Notes: generated by a model not told the origin, from the letters alone. Numbered from the stretch's first letter, positions 1 through 10,376 are shown. The stretch: DNA of 64,000 nt from an uncultured Ignavibacteriales bacterium (GCA_964464605.1 CAYXJN010000001.1:317068-381067), one strand, 5' to 3'. Translations and numbers: made by a program.

Positions 1-552
1 TTAGGAAAGCGGGATGTTTCGGCATTCTATGCCGTTCATCAAAACAAATCAAAAAAAGCAGAGCAAACGCTTTTCGCCTTAGCTGATGCTATCGGCATTG
101 CCAAAAAGCGCTTGGTCAAAACGACTTTCGCTACCGAGGCTATCGGTGATCTGTTCGGTGAGCAGGCCGTGCTATGCGGCGGAATGGCTTCGCTTATCAA
201 GAATGGTTTTGATGTCTTAGTCGAATCCGGTATTCCGCCGGAGAATGCGTACTTGGAAGTTGCCTACCAGCTCGATCTTATTATCAAGCTCATCAAGCAG
301 TATGGCATAGAGGGGATGTTCGCGCGGATTTCTGTCGCCGCCCGCTACGGCTCATTATTGACTGGCCCCAAATTGATAGACAAAAGCGTAAAAAAGCGGA
401 TGAAAGCCGTATTGGCCGATATTACCAGCGGTCAGTTTCCAAACAAGCTCAATAAACTCAGCGATGCTGATGTCCGCCGTATCGCCAAAGCGTTGTCATC
501 GCTTTCCTCACCGAAACTGGAAAAAGCCGCCCGAAAATTTGCGCCAAAATGA
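1..552 (+). CDS. ilvC: ketol-acid reductoisomerase, C-terminal part (5' truncated by window)
   Basis: Frame is open from base 1; TTFxxExxxDLFGEQAVLCGG and AYLEV motifs of the KARI C-terminal domain. Confidence 0.9.
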   Translation, partial: LGKRDVSAFYAVHQNKSKKAEQTLFALADAIGIAKKRLVKTTFATEAIGDLFGEQAVLCGGMASLIKNGFDVLVESGIPPENAYLEVAYQLDLIIKLIKQYGIEGMFARISVAARYGSLLTGPKLIDKSVKKRMKAVLADITSGQFPNKLNKLSDADVRRIAKALSSLSSPKLEKAARKFAPK

Positions 553-607
553 TAGTTGAATCAGCATTTGACCATCGCATGCTTACGATATACTTTGCCC
601 TCTAGAT

Positions 608-2608
608 ATGAATCCAAACGGTAAACGCGCGGCAATCGCCCTTTTAGTCGTCGTTCTTGCAGCAGGGGGGTATGTTCTTTACACCACCTTCACCAAGAAA
701 ACTATCCCGCAAAAACTCGCCCATATCGTTCACTTAGAGGACACGCGGGTATTCAACGAACAACTCGAACACTATCTCAAAGACAACTCCGATATCGTCC
801 GCAGCCGCGCCGCGCTTGCGATCGGCCACATCGGCGGTAAAAACAGCGCAGCAGTATTATTTGCGGCATTAGGAGATCAATCCGAAGAAGTTTCCGCCGC
901 TGCTGCCTTTGCAATCGGTTTAACCAGCGACAGCAGCTATGCAATGAAACTCTTGGATACCGCCGCATCACTCCCGGTTGAAGCAGCAGCGAACGCGATA
1001 ATGTCTGCCGGGCGGCTCAGTGATTCCACGCAATTAGCCTTTCATGATAATGTTGCCACGTTTTTAACCGCACCCGACCCGGAGCTTCGCGCTGCCGCTT
1101 GTCGCGCGCTGTTTTATTCCCGTGGTACCGGGCATGCCGCTGATATCGCTGCGATGCTTTCGCAGGAAGCGGATGATCTAGTTCAGCGGGAAGCATTGTA
1201 CTGTCTCGGGCGATTGAAGCGTCCGGAAGGGACTGCTTCGTATATCAAATATCTGGCGGATGCTGATGCATTCTTTCGCTTGCTCTGTGTTCGCGGTTTA
1301 AGCGGAGTCGAAACGCCGGAAGCGCAGCATTATATCGCAATAGCGCTCAACGATGGTGACCCGGTTGTTCGCGCACAGGCCATTGCCGGACTCGGCGGTA
1401 AGAAAACCGAAGAAGCATATCTGGCCGTCGCCGGTCGGTTAGCCAATGAAGATGATGAAAACCTGCAGGTAGCGCTTTTAAATGCACTGCAGCAGATTGG
1501 TAATCCCAGCGCTGTATCGTCTGCGTCTGCGATTTTGCAGATGACGCCATCGGTTAATGTTAAATCCGCTGCCTTGCAATGCTTAGCTGCTTTGCAAAAA
1601 GTAGAAGCACTGCCAATACTCGATTCCTTTATGCTATCGCCCGACCAAAACATTCGCGCTGCCTGCGCGACGGCGTACGGCTTAACCGAAAGCGAACTTG
1701 CAATAAAACGTGAAACGATGCTTTTCACTGACCAAAGTCCACGCGTTCGCAATGCTGCTTTCAGCGTCTTAATCGCCAAAGACTCTATCGATCGTGCTTT
1801 CCATATTAAACGGGCGTTAGTCGATACCGATTATGTCGTACAGATAAACGCTATCGATGAAATCGGTGGACGTAATCTCGATGAATTTATTCCTGATCTG
1901 TACACCATGTCAGCCGAATGGCGCACCCGCCCGGCGGATGTTCGTCGTTCTCTTGTCGCCGCTGTGGGGCCATTTTTAGAAGAGATGCCGACTGATACTT
2001 TCCTCATGCGTATTCTGACTAACGGAACACTCGATGAAGACTATGTCGTTCGCAAAGAAGCCGCCACAGTTTACAAAGATGAATTGAAAGTAGATAAACA
2101 AGATATCGTCCCTCCGGCAAAAACGCGAATCACCGAGCGGGAATTGGAAACATATTTTGCGGATACCACCGGCATCAACCCGCTGGCTGTGGTAAAAACG
2201 GATAAAGGAGAGATAACGATGGAGTTATTCTTCGATGTCGCTCCGTTAACCGTTTTGAATTTTATCAAACTGTCGCAAGAGGGATTCTACAACAATTTAA
2301 CTTTCCATCGCGTTGTCCCGGGATTTGTGGTGCAAGGCGGCGACCCGCGCGGTGACGGCAGCGGCGGCCCTGACTATTCGATTCGCTGTGAATATTCGAA
2401 TCAACCGTACGAACGCGGTTCAGTCGGAATAGCAACTTCCGGAAAAGATACCGGCGGCTCGCAGTTCTTTTTCACGCTTACACCGCAGCCGCATCTTGAA
2501 GCACGGTATACCCTGTTTGCGCAAGTGACTGAGGGGATGGAAGTCGTCGACAAAATGGTCATCGGCGATACGATTCGCACAGTCACTATCGAAATCCCCG
2601 CCCGCTAA
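608..2608 (+). CDS. HEAT-repeat protein fused to a C-terminal cyclophilin-type peptidyl-prolyl isomerase, N-terminal membrane anchor
   Basis: Repeated VRxxAAxALG-type HEAT units; C-terminal FHRVVPGFVVQGGDPRGDGSGGP...GSQFF cyclophilin signature. Confidence 0.9.
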   Translation: MNPNGKRAAIALLVVVLAAGGYVLYTTFTKKTIPQKLAHIVHLEDTRVFNEQLEHYLKDNSDIVRSRAALAIGHIGGKNSAAVLFAALGDQSEEVSAAAAFAIGLTSDSSYAMKLLDTAASLPVEAAANAIMSAGRLSDSTQLAFHDNVATFLTAPDPELRAAACRALFYSRGTGHAADIAAMLSQEADDLVQREALYCLGRLKRPEGTASYIKYLADADAFFRLLCVRGLSGVETPEAQHYIAIALNDGDPVVRAQAIAGLGGKKTEEAYLAVAGRLANEDDENLQVALLNALQQIGNPSAVSSASAILQMTPSVNVKSAALQCLAALQKVEALPILDSFMLSPDQNIRAACATAYGLTESELAIKRETMLFTDQSPRVRNAAFSVLIAKDSIDRAFHIKRALVDTDYVVQINAIDEIGGRNLDEFIPDLYTMSAEWRTRPADVRRSLVAAVGPFLEEMPTDTFLMRILTNGTLDEDYVVRKEAATVYKDELKVDKQDIVPPAKTRITERELETYFADTTGINPLAVVKTDKGEITMELFFDVAPLTVLNFIKLSQEGFYNNLTFHRVVPGFVVQGGDPRGDGSGGPDYSIRCEYSNQPYERGSVGIATSGKDTGGSQFFFTLTPQPHLEARYTLFAQVTEGMEVVDKMVIGDTIRTVTIEIPAR

Positions 2609-2642
2609 GGTGGGATGACGCCACTTTTATTTTTCCAATACT

Positions 2643-3428
2643 ATGCTCATCTTTACTACCGACAAAGCCAGACTCGCTAAGCATTTTCGTAAAGATCCGA
2701 TTCTGTTTGCCTACCACCTTGCCGATTTGGATGACCGCTTTTTCCCGCAGTGCCAGTGGGGAGTAAGTCATAAAAGCTATACGCAAATCGAAGAAGCTAT
2801 TTTAGTTTATTCACCGGGAACACGTGCCGCGGTATTGGCCTTCGGGTTAACCAGAGCTTTCGAAAGTTTGTTGACTGAAATGTTCGATTTGTTACCGAAT
2901 CAATTCTTCTGTCATTTTCAAAAAGAGTATCGCTCTGTATTAACAACCGCCTTTACTGAACAATCACTTGGCAGCTTTCACAAAATGAAATTGGAAACGT
3001 TCAAGCCGACAAAGCAGTCAGTAAAACAAAATGAGCAGTTAATAACACTTACCAAAGAGAATATCGACAAACTCGAAACGTTTTATAAAAAAGCCTATCC
3101 GGGAAACTATTTTGATCCGATGATGCTCGAAACCAACCGTTACATCGGCTTAGTAAAAAATAGCACAATTGCTGCCGTTGCCGGGGTGCATGCGATTTCC
3201 GATGAGCACAACATCGCCGTGCTCGGTAATATCGCTACGCTTGCTGAAGAACGAGGAAAAGGCTACTCACAATTGGTGACTTCGAACTTGGTAGCACAAT
3301 TGGTCAAAGAAAAAAAGCTCATAACCCTTAATGTTTCCCAGCAAAATCCTACTGCTACTAAAGTCTATGAAAACCTCGGTTTCGTACGCACCCATGAGTA
3401 CGAAGAATCCATCTTTACCCGACGCTAA
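2643..3428 (+). CDS. GNAT family N-acetyltransferase
   Basis: C-terminal GNIAT..ERGKGYS acetyl-CoA motif and NPTATKVYENLGF. Confidence 0.85.
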   Translation: MLIFTTDKARLAKHFRKDPILFAYHLADLDDRFFPQCQWGVSHKSYTQIEEAILVYSPGTRAAVLAFGLTRAFESLLTEMFDLLPNQFFCHFQKEYRSVLTTAFTEQSLGSFHKMKLETFKPTKQSVKQNEQLITLTKENIDKLETFYKKAYPGNYFDPMMLETNRYIGLVKNSTIAAVAGVHAISDEHNIAVLGNIATLAEERGKGYSQLVTSNLVAQLVKEKKLITLNVSQQNPTATKVYENLGFVRTHEYEESIFTRR

Positions 3429-3476
3429 CACAAATCCGCTTTCCGAACGCCTAGGACCTGCTATATTGCCTGTGAA

Positions 3477-4592
3477 GTGACCATAGATCACACCAAAAAA
3501 CAAAAAGAACGCGCAATCCTGATTGGTGTTGCCAAAGACTCACGGGAGCGCCATCTGGTGGAAGCCTCCCTCGACGAACTCGCCGAACTGACCCGCTCTG
3601 CCAATGCCGAAGTTGTCGGACGACGGATACAGGTGCGCCCGCATTATGACCCCGCCTTTTTCATCGGCAAAGGGTTAGTTGCTGAACTCAAAGAAGAGTT
3701 GGCTACTAAGGGTGGTAACAGCCTCATCTTTGATGACACCCTTGCTCCGGCACAGCAGCGGAATATAGAAGAAGCAGTCGGCGCAAAAGTTATAGATCGC
3801 CCAATTCTGATTCTCGATATCTTTGCCTCCCGCGCCCGTACTAACGAAGCCCGTCTGCAAGTCGAATTGGCGCAACTTGAGTACACTCTTCCGCGTTTGA
3901 CCGGCGCATGGGTGCACTTTTCAAAACAGTATGGTGGAATCGGTGCCAAGGGACCGGGGGAAACGCAGTTGGAAATCGACCGCCGCCGGGTGCGTATGCG
4001 TATCGATCATCTCAAGGAGAAATTAGAAAAACTCGATATCCAGCGCGCCACCCAGCGAAAAGCGCGGCAGGATATGTTCAAGGTTTCACTGGTTGGCTAC
4101 ACCAACGCCGGTAAATCGACTCTGTTCAACCGGCTGACCAAAGGCGACGCTGTTACGGCGAATATGTTGTTTACCACTCTTGATTCCACCACCCGGGTTA
4201 TGTCAGTCGGCTATCCCTGCCGAATCGTCTTTTCCGACACAGTCGGCTTCATTAAAAAACTGCCGCATCAATTGGTTGAGTCGTTCAAATCGACGTTAGA
4301 GGAAGTGCATCTGGCTGATCTGCTTTTGCATGTGGTCGATGCTTCCGATCCGTTCCTACCAGACCATATAGCCCAGACCGAGAAAATCTTAACAGAAATC
4401 GGCGCCGCCGAAAATCCGGTACTCTTGATTTACAATAAGATAGATAAAGTGGAAGGGTTTGTTCCACAAGGAAACAACGGACACAAGAGCTATTCGGTTT
4501 CCGCTCTCGACGGCAGCGGGTTACATGCCGTCAAGGCAGAAATTGTCGCCCGGTCGGAACAGTATGCCCGAAGGTGGAATAACGGGGGATAA
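3477..4592 (+). CDS. hflX: GTPase HflX
   Basis: GPGETQLEIDRR, GYTNAGKST, DTVGFI and NKID motifs. Confidence 0.95.
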   Translation: MTIDHTKKQKERAILIGVAKDSRERHLVEASLDELAELTRSANAEVVGRRIQVRPHYDPAFFIGKGLVAELKEELATKGGNSLIFDDTLAPAQQRNIEEAVGAKVIDRPILILDIFASRARTNEARLQVELAQLEYTLPRLTGAWVHFSKQYGGIGAKGPGETQLEIDRRRVRMRIDHLKEKLEKLDIQRATQRKARQDMFKVSLVGYTNAGKSTLFNRLTKGDAVTANMLFTTLDSTTRVMSVGYPCRIVFSDTVGFIKKLPHQLVESFKSTLEEVHLADLLLHVVDASDPFLPDHIAQTEKILTEIGAAENPVLLIYNKIDKVEGFVPQGNNGHKSYSVSALDGSGLHAVKAEIVARSEQYARRWNNGG

Positions 4593-4640
4593 GGTTCTTG
4601 TTTAAGTGACCGATACTGTCTGTACAGAAGGAGATCGGTA

Positions 4641-4997
4641 GTGCAAAAAGCTATTCTCATCGTCGACGACAATCCCGATATGTCAACCCTGTTGACGGAG
4701 ATGCTTGAAGTTTTCGACTATCAGGCGGAGCGCGCCGGAAGCGGTGCCGAGGCCCTGAAAGTCTTGGAAAGCGGCAAGTTTTCGATGGTGATTACCGACA
4801 TGCGCATGCCGAATATGAACGGTCTTGAACTGATTCAGGAAGTCAAACGCCGTCACCCGAAACTTCCGGTCGTGCTTATCTCCGGATACAATGTCTCCGA
4901 CAGCGAAACAAGCGCCGCAGGTGCGAAACCAGACGGATTTTTGGCCAAGCCGTTTATGATGTCCGATATCGAATCGCTTTTAGAAAAACTGCTCTAA
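4641..4997 (+). CDS. single-domain response regulator (receiver only)
   Basis: ILIVDD, ITDMRMP (phospho-acceptor Asp), ISGY and KPF motifs; AAGGAG RBS upstream. Confidence 0.9.
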   Translation: MQKAILIVDDNPDMSTLLTEMLEVFDYQAERAGSGAEALKVLESGKFSMVITDMRMPNMNGLELIQEVKRRHPKLPVVLISGYNVSDSETSAAGAKPDGFLAKPFMMSDIESLLEKLL

Positions 4998-5004
4998 ACA
5001 GTCG

Positions 5005-7221
5005 CTACTGCTTCTTAATTTTATCCCGCGACAACACCGACATAAACTCGTTGAACGTGAACTCTTTCGGTTGTGCCGCATACGGCCCGAACGAAAAGTT
5101 TGAATTCGCGCCGGTAACGGTATGGCGAACGAAAGTATCGACACCGTCGGCACCGGTAATGCGGCAAATTACGGGTTGCTCGAATGTGTTGCCCATCCCG
5201 CTTTGTGCTACAGTTCCATCCACATACCATCCATCCGCTTTTTGTGCAATTGAATAGGTAACATCAAAAGACGGATAATTACGGCTATAGAGCCACTGCT
5301 CGAAAAATTGATCCAACTGCATTCCGGCCGTTGTTTCTGCGGCTGATTTGATATCTTCATTCGTAAACGTGCTGCTGTTGGTCATCATAGAAAGGGTATT
5401 CATCATCGATAAAAACTTATCATCCGACCCCGTTCCCAAATCAACCGTCATAAACCGAAGCATATGCAACAGCCAGACTCCTTTATTCGCCAGTGTAGTG
5501 TCATCGCACAAACTTCCCATCGCCAGCGGCATATCCCGGTTAAAGCCGTTAATACGGAACAGCGAATCACGACGGTTTATCAGATTAGAATAAAACGCGC
5601 CGCCACCGACAAGATTCTGAATCGCTAAAAGTCCGAGGTACTCCGGAGCCGCTGCCGAAAACCATTTTTCATGGTCGGTCTTCGGCCGCATCGCGCTGCC
5701 GAACCATTGCTTGCCGGCCGCTTTACCGGCGATCATGTAAAACCCGCCGACCGCTAAATTAGAACCTTCATTTGAGCAGCTTATCTGCGGTAAACCCATA
5801 ACGCCGGGCATAGTGACGTTGTTCACCGGAAACACATACAAGGCAAACGCACCGGGAGGGGTGCCGAAAAGGGAAGTCAGGTAATTAACCGTACCGAGTG
5901 TTTGCGATTGATATGTTTCATCCGGCAAATAGCAGGCAAAGTTGTTTTTATTAATAAATGAGGATTTCAAAAAGTTCAGCGGAATACCGGCATCGAGCAC
6001 CTGCGGAATCGTATCGAACCCCGTCGCGTATGAATTGAAATAGAAATTATCATATTTATCAGCGTTCACCGTAAACGTTTCATACTTACCATCAGCAGTT
6101 TTGTCGCTCATATCCGGCATGAGGTAATTGAATCCTTTCGGTATCTGAAATGTCATCGTGTATGGCGTCACGGCCGGATTTTCAACCCAGGGGAATCCAT
6201 TTGTATACATTGAGCCGTGATATGTCATGGTAAAGTTAAGCGTGTCTCCTGTATGTGCCATACTCGGAAGCACCACGGAAATAGCATTGAAATCTCTGCG
6301 GCGATGAAAATCGACCGGTTTGCCGTTTAATGCGAGCGCATCCAGCTTGAGGTGAAAATCCAAAAACAGCGTTACAAAGTTACTGCTGTCGGCATTGTAC
6401 AAAACAGAAAATTGAACAACAGCGCTGTCAATTTCGCTACCATCCGCTCCGCTCATTCGCAAGTTTCCAGTACGAGAAAGCGGAGTAGTCGGGAAATCGA
6501 CATTGGAAAGAGAATTATTGTCAGCTATACCATGCTCTTTCCGCTGTAACGCTACCCCTTCCTTGACGACGATATCACCACCTTCGGTTTCGTAGGCAAT
6601 CCGCACTCCTTCCGGTCGGTTCGGGTCAAAACTGAAAACGTAGCGATTAAAATCGATCCAGAAATACCCGTCGCTTGAACGTTCATACGCCGAGCGCAGA
6701 AGCTGGAAGTAGTTATCGTAATCGTGATAGGTTAAGGGGCGGAAAAACTGCTCCCCCTGTGCCTGTTTGGCGCTGTTGAACACTTTCCAGTCGAGTTCTT
6801 TTTGAGCGAAGGTGAATCGTTTCTTGAGTTCCAAATCAAGATCATCCGCCATCCGGATAAAGCAGGTCGTGAACTCTTCGCTGACTACGCTATCTCCGGA
6901 AATACACCAGAGCCCTTGTTTTTGCGTGTGCATGGGAACGGTGATATCCACTTTTCCCTTTCCGACAAAAATAGCAGTCGTCGGGCGGCCGTTGACATAC
7001 CGGAGCATATGGACTGTACCGGAATCGAACGTGAATGTGGCGATATCTTTTTGATACGTGAAGTTAACGATCGTACCCAGTTCGCCAACGTTGTTCAGCA
7101 AATCCTGCGAAAGAATATCGTACGATTCTTGATATTCTTTTTTCGATAACGCGCCGTTTGCCTGTGTTGCCAGCATCAATGCACTTACACAGATAATGAG
7201 AAATTGAAACCGATACTTCAT
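5005..7221 (-). CDS. secreted M1-aminopeptidase-like protein with degenerate active site
   Basis: Signal peptide; QWFG, KGVWLLHMLR and LDQFFEQWLY resemble the M1 fold, but HEXXH is absent. Confidence 0.65.
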   Translation of the reverse strand: MKYRFQFLIICVSALMLATQANGALSKKEYQESYDILSQDLLNNVGELGTIVNFTYQKDIATFTFDSGTVHMLRYVNGRPTTAIFVGKGKVDITVPMHTQKQGLWCISGDSVVSEEFTTCFIRMADDLDLELKKRFTFAQKELDWKVFNSAKQAQGEQFFRPLTYHDYDNYFQLLRSAYERSSDGYFWIDFNRYVFSFDPNRPEGVRIAYETEGGDIVVKEGVALQRKEHGIADNNSLSNVDFPTTPLSRTGNLRMSGADGSEIDSAVVQFSVLYNADSSNFVTLFLDFHLKLDALALNGKPVDFHRRRDFNAISVVLPSMAHTGDTLNFTMTYHGSMYTNGFPWVENPAVTPYTMTFQIPKGFNYLMPDMSDKTADGKYETFTVNADKYDNFYFNSYATGFDTIPQVLDAGIPLNFLKSSFINKNNFACYLPDETYQSQTLGTVNYLTSLFGTPPGAFALYVFPVNNVTMPGVMGLPQISCSNEGSNLAVGGFYMIAGKAAGKQWFGSAMRPKTDHEKWFSAAAPEYLGLLAIQNLVGGGAFYSNLINRRDSLFRINGFNRDMPLAMGSLCDDTTLANKGVWLLHMLRFMTVDLGTGSDDKFLSMMNTLSMMTNSSTFTNEDIKSAAETTAGMQLDQFFEQWLYSRNYPSFDVTYSIAQKADGWYVDGTVAQSGMGNTFEQPVICRITGADGVDTFVRHTVTGANSNFSFGPYAAQPKEFTFNEFMSVLSRDKIKKQ

Positions 7222-7225
7222 GGTA

Positions 7226-7831
7226 TCATCCTTTATGTTCAGTCATACGCAATATTTCATTGTTGGGTGACAAACCGATCAGCTGCAAAATAGTTGTTCG
7301 CACCTGCTCCTGTTTATCGCTAAGATTTTCAGCGGCGGGAATAAATCGGTAACCGGGATGTGAACCCCAGACTCGTTTCAAATTATGCTCGATATTCAAA
7401 GCCGTTTCCACATTTTCAAACCGGATAGCATCCTGCACGTAAAACGATTCTCCCAGCGTGGCGGCTGATCCGAGGTGCAGCACCAAATCGTACCGCTGAT
7501 GTTCCTGTTCAAGCGTGGTGTTTACTTCCTGCATCGTTTCCGGATAAAACGCGAAGGCATCAACCGTTCCCCGGTCGGTAATAAAGGAACGCCCGGCGAT
7601 CGCCTGCTCCCGTTCGATCTGGCGATGGTAGATCGCATGATGAAACCGGTTCCAGTCACTCCGCCAGTTCGGGTTCTCCTGTAACAGTTGACGTGCCAAT
7701 TCATTAAAGAATACGAAACCGGTTAAGGAAGGTTCCGTTTGCAACTGTTCTATTATCGTGCTCTTGGCGGAAGCCGGAGCGCCGGTGATAACAATGCGGA
7801 ATTGTCTGGTTTTGGGGGTATTGGTCGTCAT
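7226..7831 (-). CDS. AAA_28/NadR-like P-loop ATPase or kinase
   Basis: IVITGAPASAKST Walker A variant, DRGTVD and YDLV motifs. Confidence 0.75.
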   Translation of the reverse strand: MTTNTPKTRQFRIVITGAPASAKSTIIEQLQTEPSLTGFVFFNELARQLLQENPNWRSDWNRFHHAIYHRQIEREQAIAGRSFITDRGTVDAFAFYPETMQEVNTTLEQEHQRYDLVLHLGSAATLGESFYVQDAIRFENVETALNIEHNLKRVWGSHPGYRFIPAAENLSDKQEQVRTTILQLIGLSPNNEILRMTEHKG

Positions 7832-7981
7832 TCGTTTTGTGCGCTGCCTTCACGGAGAATCTATTTTTGTCCGTACTCCAAGTCAAGGCGGCTGTTTTCT
7901 ATTTTACGGATGACAATTCCTTCGGTTCATTCCATATTGACGCAAAACACCGCAAACCTGTTGAGTATCGGAGCTCTGTTT

Positions 7982-9157
7982 ATGCCGGATATTGGCGCTA
8001 TACAATCCTATTTGAAAGACCAAAAACTCGACGGCTGGCTTTTGGCCGACTTTCGCTCCCGAAACCATATAGCAATGAAACTGCTCGCCGTCGAAGGTAT
8101 GCTCACCCGGCGATTTTTCTATTTCATTCCCGCAAGCGGCGAGCCGATCGCGCTGGTGCATGCGATCGAGCAATCGAAGTTCACACACTTGGCCGGTAAG
8201 CAGATTCCCTTTTCCAGTTACAAACTGCTTGAGCAGGAGTTAACTAAACTATTATCCGGCAAAAAGCGAATCGCGATGGAGTATTCCCGCAACAGCCGTC
8301 TACCGTATATCGGGCTGGTCGATGCCGGTACAATTGAACTCGTTCGTAGCTTCGGAGTTGAAATTCTCTCTTCTGCCGATATGGTCTCAGCCTTCAGCGC
8401 CCGACTGACCCCCGAAGGAATGGCGATGCACCGTATAGCCGCCCGCAACCTGATTGAAGTCAAAGACGCTACCTTCGCGTTTATCGCCGAGTCGTTAAAC
8501 AAAGGAAAAACGATCAACGAATACAATGTCTGCGAGTTTATGCTCGAAGAATTCGCCAAGGATGACATGATGACCGACCACGGCCCGCATTGCGGTGTCG
8601 ATGGCAACGCCGGTGACCCGCACTATGAACCGACCGCTGCGAAATCGGCGACGATCAAAAAAGGGCAGCTAATTCTTATCGATCTTTGGGCAAAAATCAA
8701 AAAAGCGGATTCGATCTACGGGGATATTACCTGGATGGGATTCGCCGGTACCAAGGGGGATATTCCCCCTAAATATGTCGAGATTTTTTCTGTGCTCACA
8801 AAGGCCCGCGATGCCGGTGTCGATTTTCTACGCGCGAATATCGATAAACGGTTGGTCTATGGTTCGGAAGTCGATGATGTCGTGCGCAAAGTTATCACCG
8901 ATGCCGGTTATGGTCCGCAGTTTACGCATCGCACCGGGCATTCGGTGACCGATGAAGTTCACGGCACCGGCCCGAACATAGACAATCTGGAAACCGAAGA
9001 TACCCGCGCGTTACAAAAAGGACATCTGTTCACGATTGAACCCGGTATTTATGCATCCGACTATGGTTTCCGCACTGAAATCAATGTGCTGATCGGCCAT
9101 GAGGGTGTCGAAGTAACGACCTTGCCGTTACAAACTGAAATTACCCCGCTTTTCTAA
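7982..9157 (+). CDS. M24 family Xaa-Pro aminopeptidase
   Basis: DPHY, IDLW, GDITW, HRTGH, IEPGIY and RTE metal-binding motifs; start moved to MPDIG behind a GGAG. Confidence 0.88.
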   Translation: MPDIGAIQSYLKDQKLDGWLLADFRSRNHIAMKLLAVEGMLTRRFFYFIPASGEPIALVHAIEQSKFTHLAGKQIPFSSYKLLEQELTKLLSGKKRIAMEYSRNSRLPYIGLVDAGTIELVRSFGVEILSSADMVSAFSARLTPEGMAMHRIAARNLIEVKDATFAFIAESLNKGKTINEYNVCEFMLEEFAKDDMMTDHGPHCGVDGNAGDPHYEPTAAKSATIKKGQLILIDLWAKIKKADSIYGDITWMGFAGTKGDIPPKYVEIFSVLTKARDAGVDFLRANIDKRLVYGSEVDDVVRKVITDAGYGPQFTHRTGHSVTDEVHGTGPNIDNLETEDTRALQKGHLFTIEPGIYASDYGFRTEINVLIGHEGVEVTTLPLQTEITPLF

Positions 9158-9158
9158 T

Positions 9159-9716
9159 ATGTACATTACGCGCGAGATGGTGGATGGGATGATTGCCAAG
9201 TATGGCCGTCCCGAAACCGCGCGGTTTTCCTTTCCGCTCAATGAACGGGAGTATCAAATGATACTGCGTTCAAAAGCAAAAGGGCGGCACCATGATTTCA
9301 CGCTCTATGCGCTTCGCGGTGATGAGGTAATCGTTATCGCTAAACACAACTATCCGCCCGACTTGTTTCGTGCCCCCTCCGGCGGGATTGATCCGGGGGA
9401 GCCGTTTGAAACCGGAATCATGAGGGAAGTTGCCGAAGAGATCGGCTGCGTGATTGCACTCGACAAGTTTATTTTACAGAGTAACGTAACCTTTACGTAT
9501 AAAACGGACGTCGTCCGCTGGACGAGTTATGTGTTTACTGCGGATTATGTGGGTGGGGATTTTGCGTTTACTGATCACCATGAAATTATGGCGGTGCGCT
9601 GGGCGCATCTCAGCGAATTCGAATCCTTCGGCCGCATCATGCGCTCCACCGACGTTGGTGGCTTCCACTACCGGGCAGCGTTGCACGAACGGGTGCTGCC
9701 GCTATTGACGAAATAA
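9159..9716 (+). CDS. NUDIX hydrolase
   Basis: GGIDPGEPFETGIMREVAEEIG Nudix box. Confidence 0.88.
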   Translation: MYITREMVDGMIAKYGRPETARFSFPLNEREYQMILRSKAKGRHHDFTLYALRGDEVIVIAKHNYPPDLFRAPSGGIDPGEPFETGIMREVAEEIGCVIALDKFILQSNVTFTYKTDVVRWTSYVFTADYVGGDFAFTDHHEIMAVRWAHLSEFESFGRIMRSTDVGGFHYRAALHERVLPLLTK

Positions 9717-9722
9717 TCTTTG

Positions 9723-9749
9723 GTAGGTCAAAACCCCTGTGGTTTTGAC
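9723..9749 (+). repeat. REP-like palindrome beginning GTAG
   Basis: GTAG followed by GTCAAAACC-cctgt-GGTTTTGAC, a perfect 9-bp stem. Confidence 0.45.
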
Positions 9750-9770
9750 TTCTTGGTTGTTTTTTGGTGC

Positions 9771-9794
9771 CCCACCCAACGGGTGGGATTCTTT
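9771..9794 (+). terminator. possible intrinsic terminator
   Basis: CCCACCC-aac-GGGTGGG followed by ATTCTTT. Confidence 0.4.
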
Positions 9795-9842
9795 CGCGGA
9801 GTATAGACTTTCAAATCACAGTGAAGTGTGGCAGATTATAGT

Positions 9843-10331
9843 ATGAAAACGACGAATCGCTCCCGCATCCTGGTTGTTAACAACCTGAACGAGATTCTTC
9901 TGGTGAAATATCGAGATAATGCGGCGCGGGGAACGGAACCACCCATTATTCGTGAATTTTGGGTTAGTCCCGGTGGCGGCCTTGAAGCAGGCGAAACATT
10001 TGTGCAGGCGGCAAAACGTGAGCTTGAGGAGGAGACAGGAATTGTTACTGATATTGGCCCACAAGTATGGATGGGGAAATGTGTTTTGACAACTGACGGT
10101 GAACTAGTTGAGCATACGCAGCATTATTTTTACACAAAGCTCGATGCCGGGCGGGTTACATTAAGAAATCGAACAACAACTGAAGTGATAACGGCGTTCA
10201 AATGGTGGTCGTTTTCAGAACTCAATAAATCGAGCGAAACGTTTTTTCCGATGAATTTTGTCGCATTGATCTTGCCAATCTTAGAGGGAAATATTCCTTC
10301 CGTACCAATTGAGATTAAAGATTCTTTATAA
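9843..10331 (+). CDS. NUDIX hydrolase
   Basis: PGGGLEAGETFVQAAKRELEEETG Nudix box. Confidence 0.88.
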   Translation: MKTTNRSRILVVNNLNEILLVKYRDNAARGTEPPIIREFWVSPGGGLEAGETFVQAAKRELEEETGIVTDIGPQVWMGKCVLTTDGELVEHTQHYFYTKLDAGRVTLRNRTTTEVITAFKWWSFSELNKSSETFFPMNFVALILPILEGNIPSVPIEIKDSL

Positions 10332-10376
10332 TCCTCTCTTTGTTTCTTCACAACAATTCTCCTATCTTCTCCCATC

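Noticed and set aside
608..2608. HEAT-cyclophilin fusion as a novelty
   Set aside because: To my knowledge this architecture is already common in several diderm phyla.
7739..7981. N-terminal extension of the M24 peptidase in the ORF track
   Set aside because: It overlaps the divergent AAA gene and looks non-coding; the ATG at 7982 with GGAG is a better start.
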